Part shown: piece by piece, positions 40,561-54,646 of the stretch
How the letters are laid out: every line of letters begins with the position of its first letter
Position numbering within the stretch: position 1 is the stretch's first letter
Notes under the pieces: generated by a model
What the model was told of the DNA's origin: nothing
Seen by the model: only the letters and a program-made list of their open reading frames with translations
The model's database searches: none
Made by a program: the position numbers and the translations under genes
Source of the DNA: Lingula anatina
Lineage: Eukaryota > Animalia > Brachiopoda
Direction of reading: 5' to 3'
DNA: 64,000 bases
Assembly (NCBI GenBank): GCA_051362555.1
Contig: CM120649.1
Location: 7,874,001-7,938,000, forward strand

Positions 40561-43500
40561 CACACATACACATACACACACACGATATGAGATAAAACAT
40601 CTCCCTTCTGGGCATACCATAGATCCCTTAGGCAGATACTACAGCTCTCTAAATAAGGAACTACTGATTCACACTACCCATCAACATTTACTTCGGGAGG
40701 CAGGTGAAGTTTAGAGCTTAACATAATGCAATAAACCCATTTCAGCATTTTTTTTCCTTGTCTCTAAAGGTAGCAGATGTCTGTAAGACTCAAGACTGCA
40801 TTAAGAGCCATAAGACAAATGAAAAAAAAAAGGTATAACTTAGACCCCATTCCCATAGACACCAATGTCAGTCTATGTTGGGAACTCTGTGGGAACTCTT
40901 GCTGAATGCAATCAGTTTAATACATATCTTCCTGGCTTGAAAGAGAATACAAAAAAGCTGGTGATTATATGAGCATGTTCGAAACGAAAGGTGTGTCTTC
41001 AGTTAAGCTGATTACACTCAGCGACAGCCCCCGCAGAGTTGGATTAATATACGTTGATGGCTGGTGTTTATGGGAATGGAGTCTTACATTTCACCTAGTT
41101 CTGTAAGCATGATGCATTTTACAAGGTTGAACTTGTGGAAGAAATGCTTGATTGCAACTTTCATCTACATCATTGTGCCTACTGACCTCTGCTGAACTCA
41201 GCAATTAAGATGAGATCATGTCAGTGGATTGCAAGCAAGGGACATTTTGATCTCATTATCATTATTATTATTACTATTTTATTATTTTTATTTTATTATT
41301 ATTATTTTTTTTTTTTTTAGTTGTTATAAAAGCAGCTCCAGCAATCACCCCCCCCCCCCCCCACCTCTATTTTTAAAGAACTCATCAGTCATTAATTCTT
41401 TAAAGAGAAGGTTTTGATTTTGCCTGTTGATGTTCTTGGAAATGAAAAATGTCAACACTGAACAGAGGATCCCACAAAATATCCAGGAAATCCATGACCC
41501 ATATCAAATACAAATTTGACACAAATAAAAAAAAAATTATGTAGTATTTCTTTTTGACCCATCAAAAATGAAGTTTTACATTTGGCTAACATTTATAAAC
41601 TAGGGTGAGACCAATACAGAATGTAATCCTACAATTTAACACAAACAATATCTATATGGATTTTAGTCAGTTCATCTATCTTGGTAGAAATCCACTTTTT
41701 TTTTTTTTTTCACCTTCAAGTTCTCTGGATAAGTGAGATCATGGTCTGCAGTGACAGCTGAAAACTCAACTTTTTAAATTAAAAAATAAATATTCACACA
41801 TGTTGTTTTCATGGTTAACATTTTATGAATTATTAATAGCTGGATGTATCTAAATCCACATAAAACGAACAAAAAGCAATAAACAAATACGCATCAGTCA
41901 CAAATGCAGCATTTTACGATTTATTCACAAAGTTAAATACACAGCATCATACAAGTGCAGTATAAGCTTTTCAAACTGAGCAACAAATGGGGGAAGGTGG
42001 GGGGGGGGGCAGGAGAGTAACCAATTCAAGGTTTATAAATACCAAATCAAATTTATAAAGACAAAATATTACATCTCAAACACAGTAGAAAGAATAAATA
42101 AAAATGTCATTCGTTTTATTTGCTATCAAATATCTTTCCAATGAGGAAAAATCATACTGGAGTGAAAAATTTTATTTTATATCAAATTAAAACTTTTGAA
42201 AACTGATGATAGTTCATTATTTGACAGCACTTTCATTTCTTTTTTTAACTGTCTCCCAATTGATCTCCTTACTAACTAATTTCTGGGGTCATGCATCCTG
42301 AACTGGTCTAATTTGTGTTACACACTGTCGGGGTAAATCTAACTGCCCTGTGGGTTTCAGACTTTACGAAAGGCGTCGGACCGTCGGACATGCCTGGCAA
42401 ATTTCGTCTCGGTCCGATAAAAAATCCTGTATCGTCGGACCTTATGTCCGGCGAGTTTTCAAACTGGCTGGGCATGTGTTAATATAAGGAATACGTTGTT
42501 GTTTCTTTTCTGGACGATATATTTTACTTCATTCGAAAAGAGAGACGGGGTGAAAATCTTGGGGAGTTCCCAGCTAATTATACATAATTTATTAACCTCA
42601 GTTTCACTCACAAATACTATTTTGTGACTGGCTGAGGTTGGGGAATTCCTGAATGATGTAATGCACAGTCTCGTTTTCGTTGTCGTAATACCCTACACAA
42701 CAAAATGGCCGCAACACATGTGCTCGTGCTATTTGCGTTTTTACAGACTTGATCCTCTGTTTCTTCATTATCAGTCGTACACAGTACTCATGGATAAGCC
42801 TTTTGCTTAGAAAATGACGTTGTTGAACTTTAAACATTTCGTTGGTGCAAAGCGTGGCAAAAATGAAAACGAAGTGAGGAAGAGAAACGAAGTTTAATAA
42901 AATTGGAAAGAAGGTAGGCCCTGGAGGACTTATGATCTGTAGGAGAGGAAAATAGTGTGTGCCGAGCGTCGGGAGTACTAAAGTTATCATTTTGATCAAT
43001 AGCAACATAAATGTTACAGCTTTATTACGGGTTCTTAAGTTATGGAACATATGTATACGTATTTGCATGTACCGTTCATCACGAGTTGGAGAAAGTGCAC
43101 ATGAACTTGATGAAAGCTCGCAGTTTGAGTTTCTTTTTATAAAAAAAAAAGAAATAAAATGAAGAAGGAACTTAGACTCGGACTGGACAGTCTCTGTCAA
43201 AGCTTCAATTGGATGAAAGAGACTGTCTTACTGTGCTGTTTCAAAATGCATATGTTATTGCCAAATCAACGTGTAAAATGGTTATTTGATTAACAGACGT
43301 TTTTATGGACATACATTTGATATTACTAGCTACACATTCTTCATACTTGTAATGTTTTAAGTCCTTGTGTCATTCCACAGCATCTTTTTCATTAAATAAA
43401 AAACTTGTCTTGCAAGTAATTTTTTGCCTATTTTTTTTTTTTTTTTTTTTTTTACTTTTCTACAAATAAATATATATCAAAAAATTGATATTTGATTTAA

Positions 43501-46500
43501 TGTCAATGATTTAAAACATTAGAAAAAACACATGAAAACACGAATAATGGTTTATATTTCTATTTTTTTACTTCGGTCTGACAGATTTTGTTTCGGTCTG
43601 ACAAAATTTTCAGGCTTGTCAGACCGAATGTCTGACAGATTTTTTGGCCTTTCGTAAAGTCTGGGGTTTCCTTAGAAAAATCATCATAAAACTGGAACCA
43701 CTAGTCAGAGCATAGCTAAAATATATTCTGAAAGCTTTTTTCAAGATGAAGTTTTATACCTAATTAGTAAGTCTCTAACCAGTGCAAGGTTTCTTAAATC
43801 TTCACTCAAAAATAATTTTTTTATGTAAAATGTTAGCAACTGTTTGAAAAAATATAGCACCATCATAAATTTTGCCTCATTGCTCAATTTTAAAGGCTTT
43901 GTGTGAATACAGGCCTAAAATAGATATAAAACATTAAGAAGGGTTTTTAAATACCATTGCTTTCACAGAAGTACTGCAAATATCATCTTGAGTGCAGCAA
44001 GGTTCTTATTTAACGTGTCCCGTCTTACGTGTCCCAACCTCCTCCATCCTATACCTGGTTCACTCAGATTCCAATAACTTTTAAACAAAATATAGCTATT
44101 TTCATGCAGTTTTTTTTTTTATTCTGAAGGTAGACAAAATGCTAAAATCTGATACCAAGAAAGTCATGGTTTATACTGCAACACATAGTGACGTAGTGCA
44201 AAAGAAAAAAAATATTTCAGTTTATGTACTATCACCAGGATACTAGCAAACCAGTTCAGGACGCATGACTATTGTACCCCTTGTAGCCTACTAGTATTTG
44301 AATACTCATCAAGTTTTTAAACAGAATTGATTCCTTTATTTTTTTCAACCATGTGGAATTTTTCGGTAATGAGCTTGGAAAATGGCAATAACTATCTCAA
44401 ATTATCTTAAACAAGATTACCCTTACACAGTTGACTGAGCCCTTCCATACAATTATCTAACAGGAGCAAAATATTTTCATTTCCGCCGAAAAAAAAAAGC
44501 CTCATATTTTGTTTGCTGCATTCGGGTATTAATTAATTGGCTAATATGCATGTGGCTTCCACATTCACAGAAAGTAATACCTACTGTTGGGCCACATATT
44601 CTATAGCACTTGTACATTAACCACTTCTTCAAATCATTAATTAATTTACTGTTTGGTAATTTAAAAGTCACAACACTGTTAAGAAGCCACAGATACGAGA
44701 AATTACATTGCTGTACTAGTACTTCCATCAAAATAGGTGTTAAAACGTACGGTTTACTTTGCTGTACTTACATCGAGATAGGTGTTATTGGAGAGAGGCG
44801 GCGAAGACTCCCACTTTGAGGCTACCTGGAGTGTCTCTAGTGTCTTCTGGTGGACAGATTTCCCATCATCCAGCAGGGTCGACTCATAAAACTCCTGGAT
44901 ATCTGAAATAATAATGATAATAATAATAATAATAATAATAATATTAAATTGATGAATAAACTAGAGGATCAGAGAGGCGATACCGCCTCCGAATATTGTA
45001 CCACCAGCTGGAGCAAGCGCATTTGTATAGACCCCCACATACACAAAATAAGGGACACAGCCACCAGTCTTTTGCTTGACAAGCTGTAAAAATGCAATCA
45101 ACAAGAATTTTCAAAATATGCAAAAAAAATATATATAACTTAAAATGGTACAATCAAAGTTAAGTTCATCAAAAGGTAGGTCAAAGGTCAATTTCACAGT
45201 AAGATTGCCAGTATATGACTTCCTATTCAAGTTCAATAGTAACAATGGACCTATCTCTGCCAGTTTGGGAGATAAAAGGGAAGCAAAATTTGCAAAGTTC
45301 AGTTCATGGTGAAAAGTAGGTCAAAGGACAATTTCAAGGTCACGTTAAGATTGCCAGTATATGACTTCCTATTAAAGTTCAATAGTAACTATGGACCTAT
45401 CTCTGCCAGTTTTTGAGATAAAAGGGAAGCAAAATTTGCAAAGATCAGTTCATGGTGAAAAGTAGGTCATAGGTCAATTTCAAGGTCACATTTAGATTGC
45501 CAGTGTATGACTTCCTATCAATGTTCAATAGTAACTATGGACCTATCTCTGCCAGATTTGGAGATAAAAGGGCAGCAAAATTTGCAAAGTTCAGTTCATG
45601 GTGAAAAGTAGGTCAAAGGTCAATTTCAAGGTCACATTTGGATTGCCAGTATATGACTTCCTATTCAAGTTCAATAGTAACTATGGACCTATCTCTGCCA
45701 GTTTTGGAGATAAAAGGGCAGCAAAATTTGCAAAGGTTAGTTCATGGTGAAAAGTAGGTCAAAGGTCAATTTCAAGGTCACATTTAGATTGCCAGTATAT
45801 GACTTCCCATTCAAGTTCAATAGTAACTATGGACCTATCTCTGCCAGTTTTGGAGATAAAAGGGAAACAAAATTTGCAAAGGTTAGTTCATGGTGAAAAG
45901 AAGGTCAAAGGTCAATTTCAAGGTCACATTTAGATTGCCAGTATATGACTTCCCATTCAACTTCAATAGTAACTATGGACCTATCTCTGCCAGTTTTGGA
46001 GATAAAAGGGACGCAAAATGTACAAAGTTCAGTTCATGGTGAAAAGTAGGTCAAAGGTCAATTTTAAGGTCACATGTAGATTGCCAGTATATGACTTCCT
46101 ATTCAAGTTCAATAGTAGCTATGGACCTATCTCTGCCAGTTTTGGAGATAAAAGGGAAACAAAATTTGCAAAGTTCAGTTCATGGTGAAAAGTAGGTCAA
46201 AGGTCAATTTTAAGGTCACATTTAGATTGCCAGTATATGACTTCCTTTTCAACTTCAATAGTAACTATGGACCTATCTCTGCCAGTTTTGGAGATATAAG
46301 GGACTAAATGGTATAATTTTGGAGTTACCATAATGTGCCATAAATTTCCTACAGAAAAAATTAATTAAGATAAAGAAAAGGTCATTTTGGTCAAAATTCT
46401 TGAAATGGGAGGTGCTTTGAAGTTCCAGATGTTCAAATTTGATGAAATAATGTCATTTTTGACCACAAGTTGTCTGCTTTGCCAAGCCCACACATTTTGC

Positions 46501-49500
46501 TTTCACCACCAGTATATGACTTTTTGATAAAGCGTAACTCGAAAACCGTATGGAATACAAAAAAACGGAGACCACCCCCAGTGTTGGGCTTTACATGCTC
46601 TACAAAATGCAAAAAAGAATGGGTGTCTAGCATTAACGGTTCCCGAATTAGAGACAATTTTCAGTTTTGATATCTTATGGCCGCTGCTCCCGTGAAAATG
46701 CACCGATTGACCCCAAATTCACGGAGATGAAAGATGACCCGAAGGGTAACACTTTCCATTAATATTATTAGTTAAGTCTGTGTGGTGTCTGAATAAGAGC
46801 GCAAAAAAATTTTTTTTCGGCAAAAATTTTGTTTTTTTGAAAATTTTGGCCCGTTTGACCTTGAAATAAAGGTCAAAGGTCAATTCCAAGGGCATATTTG
46901 AAATCTACACATATGACTTTTGGAAAGCTGTCTGTAGAAATTTTTCCCATAATTCCTTCCGTAGGGGAGATAATTAGCATTTAATTTTGCCATTTTTGGA
47001 CAAGGGTGCATTGCAATGATTGCCACACCTAGACCCCAATACCGACAAAGCCCAAATTTTACGTGGAACGAGTTGAGATTATAGGTGACCTAAATCCAAG
47101 AGATGGGTATGGAGGCCCTTACCGTCTAGGAGGAGAAGCGGTAACGGTGACTTGGCGGCGGAGCCGCAGGAGCCGGCGGAGCCGCAGGAGCCGGCGGAGC
47201 CGGCGGAACATACGGGTCGGGACTAAAACCATGAGTACCGCCAGCGCCTACGCTGGTGGTACAATAAAGCCACCACCACCACCCCTCCCCCACAAACAGA
47301 TTTGTTAAAGAGTCTTCAAACTGGTTAACCTTTTGTATGTCACCTGTAAGATAATCTTACAGATAGAAGAAAAATCAATAATGCCATGCACACCCAAAAG
47401 CAGAATCTGAATATTTCTATACGATTTTGACACCTTTTTCTTAATGCTGGCAGTAGGTGTAAATCACCCTTTATAATTAAATTAAACACAAATAAGAAAG
47501 TTTCTACAGTATTTTTTCTTTTTTGTATTTGGTTCATTTGGCTAAAATCACTGTCATTTCTTAATTGAACCCTCCAGCTAAATCACCAGTTTCAGTCTCG
47601 TTTCTTGGTCAAAACCATCTCTCTCTCTCTCTCTCCACTATGAAACCACAAAGTCATTCCAAACCTGAAGGACCGACAGATCCTCCATTTTCTTAGATCT
47701 TTCTCCTTAAAACAAGCACAGCAACTGCAGATCATTTAAGTACATTTCATTAGTTAACCTCCATATTACCGCTGTCAGTAATGAAATTATCAGAGGGCAA
47801 TCAAATAAAACTGCTACACTGGCGATAAGAATGGAAAAGTTATTGAGCCAATGTGATATCAATATTGGCAGTCCCAAATCACAGAGGAAGGGTCCATCAT
47901 CTCCCTTCTGGCTTTGTGTTCGTTTTTCTTTGTATCAATAGCAAGGTGTAAGAGCAGAAGGAGAGTAAATACAGCACAAGCCGTGTTCACACCCAATGTA
48001 CGGGAATGTTCTGTCCTTATCGTATTGCATTTATAATATGGCTTTGGCTTTAAGGCAGTACTCTCCTCCCACCTTCTCTCGCAAAACAATTTTCATCTAG
48101 CTGTCTATCCTATGGTTCCCAAAGACATCACACTGCTACCCTGTACCTCTATCACAAACATTTCTCATGAACTCGTATAGACTTATTAATATTTTTAATA
48201 TGTACTCATATACACTTATTAATATTTTTAATATGTCCTGGTATACACTTATTAATATTTTTAATATATACTGGTATATACTTACTAATATTTTAAATAT
48301 GTACTGGTACTAGTATTCACTTACTAATACTTTATCTATTTCTCCAAGGAAATCAGACACTTTACACACCTCTTTTATAAATTTCTCTCCCCCCCCCCCC
48401 TCCTTTACTACTATTTATATTTCTCCTGCCTGTCCTCTTACTGATCCAGTCACCCTCCCCCACCACATAGACACACAAACACATTTACATTTTCCCTCCA
48501 TGGCCTCCTATCCCCTCTCCTCACTCTCCATCCCTTCCCCCCCCCCCCCCTCATTCCCACACCCACCCCAGGGCTGACCCCCCTGCCATATGTCATCTCT
48601 GACCTTATCTCTCACTCAATAAACATTTCAATGAGGCTGGGTAGATCCACTTTAAGCTGAGGCCTCCATTATGTGTAATTGTATTACTGGTAATCAGGTT
48701 GGAGAGATACACAGCCTCCAAGTTCCTGAGAAACTGCTGTGCTTCAAGCACGGGGAAGTGACTCCAGCATTTCTATTTATATCTATTTAATAATCACTGA
48801 AACAAAGGTTTTTGGAGAATGTTTCCATTTGCATTTTTTGAATTCTTTAAAACTTTATGTATGTACATGAAGGAGCACATTATGTGCATGTTCTTGTTGT
48901 AACACATTCAGAACAGCAGACCAATAGATCCGTGGATCAAATATGGCAGACCAGCATGAATGCTTGTTGCATAATCCCCACAGGGAATCTATTCAGTGTC
49001 TAGTCAGGAATTAGGCATTAAGCATTTTGGTGGGCAGTCATATTTGATCCGTGGATCTGTTAGTCTGCTGTTCTAAATGGGTTCTTACTCACCCAGCAAG
49101 GCCTGGAAGAGTCGACTCTTGAAGATCCTGATGACACGTTCAATGGCGGTGCGTAGTGGACCATCGCTGGGTTTACTCAACTTCTTGTGATATTCCTCTA
49201 ACAGTTCTAATGCCCGGTGGGCATCTGAAACACAGCAAAATATTTCTTTCATTCATATACAAAAAAAAAAAACTTACTATAAATGCCCCTAACAGTGAAA
49301 ACTTACTGATCATAACTTTCTTTGCATTATTAGGAGGAAAGGGGAGGAAGGGATATCTGAAGTGAGAAGTCACATATGTAACAGAAGAAGAGTATTGGGC
49401 AACTTAAAATAAACTTTTTACTGACTATAGTTTAAAACATGATGAAATAATCAAACCATGCACAGATAATGGAGCAAAAGAGGGAGGGGGTCGGGGTAGC

Positions 49501-50068
49501 TGGGGTAGCGCTAGTAATTTTTTTTCGCTTAGCTATATCACCACATTTTTGTCAATTTGTTATCAAAATGGTTATAATTTGGCTAAAACATGTCAAATCA
49601 AGCCCTTCTTCTTTAGTTTTAGCATTTGGCTATATTCGCGAGTGTTAGCGCTACCCCAGGGTAGGAACTTGGAGTGAACCTCATCTCAATCAGACACTCG
49701 ATTTTTCAAATCTTCACAAGACCAAATGAGGCAAACAGCAGTCACTTTTAACCAGATAATATGATTCATGGCTTTTCATATTCCACAGAATAGTATGTCC
49801 TGACAACATGGACCTTCTGGCTTATGTCAGAAGATACTGGCAACTGTTGACAGGAATCTATTGATCCACTTTCTATTCCCATCAACAACTGTCTGCCAGA
49901 CCCAGAGATTAATTCTCATTAATAAATACATCGATATTATATAAATATAAATCAAAGTTCTTGAATGCTGTTTTTAGTCTTATCTTGAAAAAAACTCTCT
50001 TTCATTCCCTCTCTCTTTATCTTTCATATATACTCTCTCTCTCTCTTTTTATATCTCTGTCTCACAGT

Positions 50069-50128
<60 letters not shown>

Positions 50129-53100
50129 AAAGCACACAGTGCCTGATGCAACCTATAAAAACTAGAGGATCAGAGAGGCGATACCGCCTCCGAATATTGT
50201 ACCACCAGCTGCAGCAAGCGCATTCGTATAGACCCCCACATACACAAAATAAGGGACACAGCCACCAGTTTTGTGCTTGACAAGCTGTAAAAATGCAATC
50301 AACAAGAATTTTTAAACTTTTGCAAAAAATATATATGGTACAATCAAATTTAAGTTCTTCGTAAGATAGGTCAAGGGTCAATTTCAAGGTCACAGTAAAT
50401 TGCCAGTATATGACTTCCTATTCAAGTTCAAGAGTAACTATGGACCTATCTCTGCCAGTTTTGAAGACAAAAGGAAAGCAAAATTTGCAAAGTTCAGTTC
50501 ATGGTGAAAAGTAGGTCAAAGGTCAATTTTAAGGTCACATTTAGATTGCCAGTATATGACTTCCTATTCAAGTTCAATAGTAACTATGGACCTATCTCTG
50601 CCAGTTTTGGAGATAAAAGGGAAGAAAAATTTGCAAAATTCAGTTCATGGTGAAAAGTAGGTCAAAGGTCAATTTCAAGGTCACATTTAGATTGCCAGTA
50701 TATGACTTCCTATTCAAGTTCAATAGTAACTACGGACCTATCTCTGCCAGTTTTGGAGATAAAAGGAAAGCAAAATTTGCAAAGTTCAATTCATGGTGAA
50801 AAGTAGGTCAAAGGTCAATTTTAAGGTCACATATAGATTGCCAGTATATGACTTCCTATTCAAGTTCAATAGTAACTACGGACCTATCTCTGCCAGTTTT
50901 AGAGATAAAAGGAAAGCAAAATTTGCAAAGTTCAATTCATGGTGAAAAGTAGGTCAAAGGTCAATTTTAAGGTCACATATAGATTGCCAGTATATGACTT
51001 CCTATTCCAGTTCAATAGTAACTACGGACCTATCTCTGCCAGTTTTGGAGATAAAAGGGAAGAAAAATTTGCAAAATTCAGTTCATGGTGAAAAGTAGGT
51101 CAAAGGTCAATTTCAAGGTCACATTTAGATTGCCAGTATATGACTTCCTATTCAAATTCAATAGTAACTACGGACCTATCTCTGCCAGTTTTGGAGATAA
51201 AAGGAAAGCAAAATTTGCAAAGTTCAATTCATGGTGAAAAGTAGGTCAAAGGTCAATTTCAAGGTCACATTTAGATTGCCAGTATATGACTTTCTATTCA
51301 AGTTCAAGAGTAACTATGGACCTATCTCTGCCAGTTTTGGAGACAAAAGGAAAGCAAAATTTGCAAAGTTCAGTTCATGGTGAAAAGTAGGTCAAAGGTC
51401 AATTTTAAGGTCACATTTAGATTGCCAGTATATGACTTCCTATTCAAGTTCAATAGTAACTATGGACCTATCTCTGCCAGTTTTGGAGATAAAAGGGAAG
51501 CAAAATTTGCAAAGTTCAGTTCATGGTGAAAAGTAGGTCAAAGGTCAATTTTAAGGTCACAGAAAGATTGCCAGTATATGACTTCCTATTCAAGTTCAAT
51601 AGTAACAACGGACCTATCTCTGCCAGTTTTGGAGATAAAAGGAAAGCAAAATTTGCAAAGTTCAATTCATGGTGAAAAGTAGGTCAAAGGTCAATTTTAA
51701 GGTCACATATAGATTGCCAGTATATGACTTCCTATTCAATTTCAATAGTAACTACGGACCTATCTCTGCCAGTTTTGGAGATAAATGGAAAGCAAAATTT
51801 GCAAAGTTCAATTCATGGTGAAAAGTAGGTCAAAGGTCAATTTTAAGGTCACATATAGATTGCCAGTATATGACTTCCTATTCAAGTTCAATAGTAACTA
51901 CGGACCTATCTCTGCCAGTTTTGGAGATAAAAGGAAAGCAAAATTTGCAAAGTTCAATTCATGGTGAAAAGTAGGTCAAAGGTCAATTTCAAGGTCACAT
52001 TTAGATTGCCAGTATATGACTTTCTATTCAAGTTCAATAGTAACTACAGACCTATCTCAGCCAGTTTTGGAGATAAAAGAAAAGCAAAATTTGCAAAATT
52101 CAGTTCATGGTGTAAAGTAGGTCAAAGGTCAATTTTAAGGTCACATTTAGATTGCCAGTATATGACTTCCTATTCAAGTTCAATAGTAACTATGGACCTA
52201 TCTCTGCCAGTTTTGGAGATAAAAGGAAAGCAAAATTTGCAAAGTTCAGTTCATGGTGAAAAGTAGGTCAAAGGTCAATTTTAAGATCACATATAGATTG
52301 CCAGTATATGACTTCCTATTCAAGTTCAATAGTAACTATGGACCTATCTCTGCCAGTTTTGGAGATAAAAGGAAAGCAAAATTTGCAAAGTTCAATTCAT
52401 GGTGAAAAGTAGGTCAAAGGTCAATTTTAAGGTCACCTATAGATTGCCAGTATATGACTTCCTATTCAAGTTCAATAGTAACTACGGACCTATCTCTGCC
52501 AGTTTTGGAGATAAAAGGAAAGCAAAATTTGCAAAGTTCAATTCATGGTGAAAAGTAGGTCAAAGGTCAATTTCAAGGTCACATTTAGATTGCCAGTATA
52601 TGACTTTCTATTCAAGTTCAATAGTAACTACGGACCTATCTCTGCCAGTTTTGGAGATAAAAGGGAAGCAAAATTTGCAAAGTTCAGTTCATGGTGAAAA
52701 GTAGGTCAAACGTCAATTTTAAGGTCACAGAAAGATAGCCAGTATATGACTTCCTATTCAACTTCAATAGTAACTATGGACCTATCTCTGCCAGTTTTGG
52801 AGATATAAGGGACTAAATGTTATAATTTTGGAGTTACCATAATATGCCTTAAATTTCGTACAGAAAAAATTAATTAAAATAAAGAAAATGTCATTTTGGT
52901 CAAAATTCTTGAAATGGGAGGTGCTCTGAAGTTTCAGAAGTTCAAATTTGATGAAATAATGTCATTTTTGACCACAAGTTGTCTGCTTTTCCAAGCCTAA
53001 TGTTTTATTTTTCCAGAGTTCAAAATTTATTATCCATTACCGTACTGCACATTTTGCTTTTACCACCAATATGTACTTTTTGATACAGCGTAACTCAAAA

Positions 53101-54235
53101 ACCGTATGGAATACAAAAAAACCGAGACCACCTTCAGTGTTGGGCTTTACATGCTCTACAAAATGCAAAAAAGAATGGGTCTCTAGCATTAACGGTTCCC
53201 GAATTAGAGACAGTTTTCAGTTTCGGTATCTTATGGCCGCTACTCCCGTGAAAATGCACCGATTGACCCCAAATTCATGGAGATGAAAGATGACCTGAAG
53301 GGTAACACTTTCCAATAATATTATTGGTTAAGTCTGTGTAGTGTCTGAATAACAGGGCAAAAAATTTTTTTTTCGTAAAAAATTTCATTTTTTGGAAAAT
53401 TTTGGCCCATTTGACCTTGAAGTAAAGGTCAAAGGTCAAATCCAAGGGTATATTTGAAATCTACACATATGACTTTTGGAAAGCCGTCTATAGAAATTTT
53501 TCCCATAACTCCTTCCGTAGGGTAGATAATTAGCATTTAATTTTGCCATTTTTAGACAAGGGTGGTGTTTTACCTGTCCAGAGTGCCACACCCAGACCCC
53601 AATACCAACAAAGCCCAAATTTTACGTGGAACCAGTTGAGATTATAGGTGACCTAAATCCATGAGATGGGTACGGGGGCCCTTACCGTCTAGGAGGAGAA
53701 GCGGTAACGGTAGCCATCCGGCAGAGCCGGCGGAGCCGGCGGAGCTGGCGGAGCCGGCGGAACGATCCGGACGGGACCGAAACCATGTGTACCGCCAGCG
53801 CTAACGCTGGTGGTACAATAATACATCATTTCAAATGCACCATGAAGTCTGTAGCTAAGACATTTAAGATGTGTTCACCTACATTTCAATTAAAAAACAG
53901 CGCAGCAATCAAGTGCACTAGCATCGAAGATTGTGAAAAGGCCTCTTCTTCAATTACAGTGCAAAACTAATTTGAGGCATGTAACACTGCTGTGAAGAGT
54001 GATACAATTGTGTCGAGGAAAAGTATCTGTTGCTAAGCGATTAATGCTGGCAATTTATTGCCTCGAGCTTCCCGTTGTCATTATCATGTGAGAGTAACGT
54101 TACCTGCAGAACAACATGGTGGCTTGATTGGGAAGTTGAAAGGGGACGCACATCAGCTAAGAAAATTAGAAACACTATATATTTTCTATATTTGGCAATC
54201 TTTAATTGACCACAGTACTTGTACCCCACTACTAG

Positions 54236-54266
<31 letters not shown>

Positions 54267-54600
54267 CAGAGTGAAAAGGGAGAGAGGCGGAGAGCATGAT
54301 GTAGTAAGAAGAAAAGGGCATTATCTTTTTTTTTTTTTGTTTGCACACACTACACAGCACTCTCTCTCTCTCTCTGACCTTTCCACATGCCAGCTATCAG
54401 GACAGATAGTGAATCCAAGTCATATTGTGTGAAGTAAGGTCAAGTTAGATAGCAAAGGTGCCCCACATAGGCTTCTATATATACTAGTAAGCTACTAGCC
54501 TAGTGTGCAATTTTGCTGTGACATCCAAATGTAAAACATTCACATACCTTTTCTGTATTTTCCAGTAGATGTGTACAAAGGCATGTATATGCACGCACAG

Positions 54601-54646
<46 letters not shown>

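Noticed and set aside
42604-43200. 198-aa ORF inside the hAT-like element as a transposase
   Set aside because: No recognisable BED, DDE or dimerisation motif; non-ATG start; composition looks non-coding.
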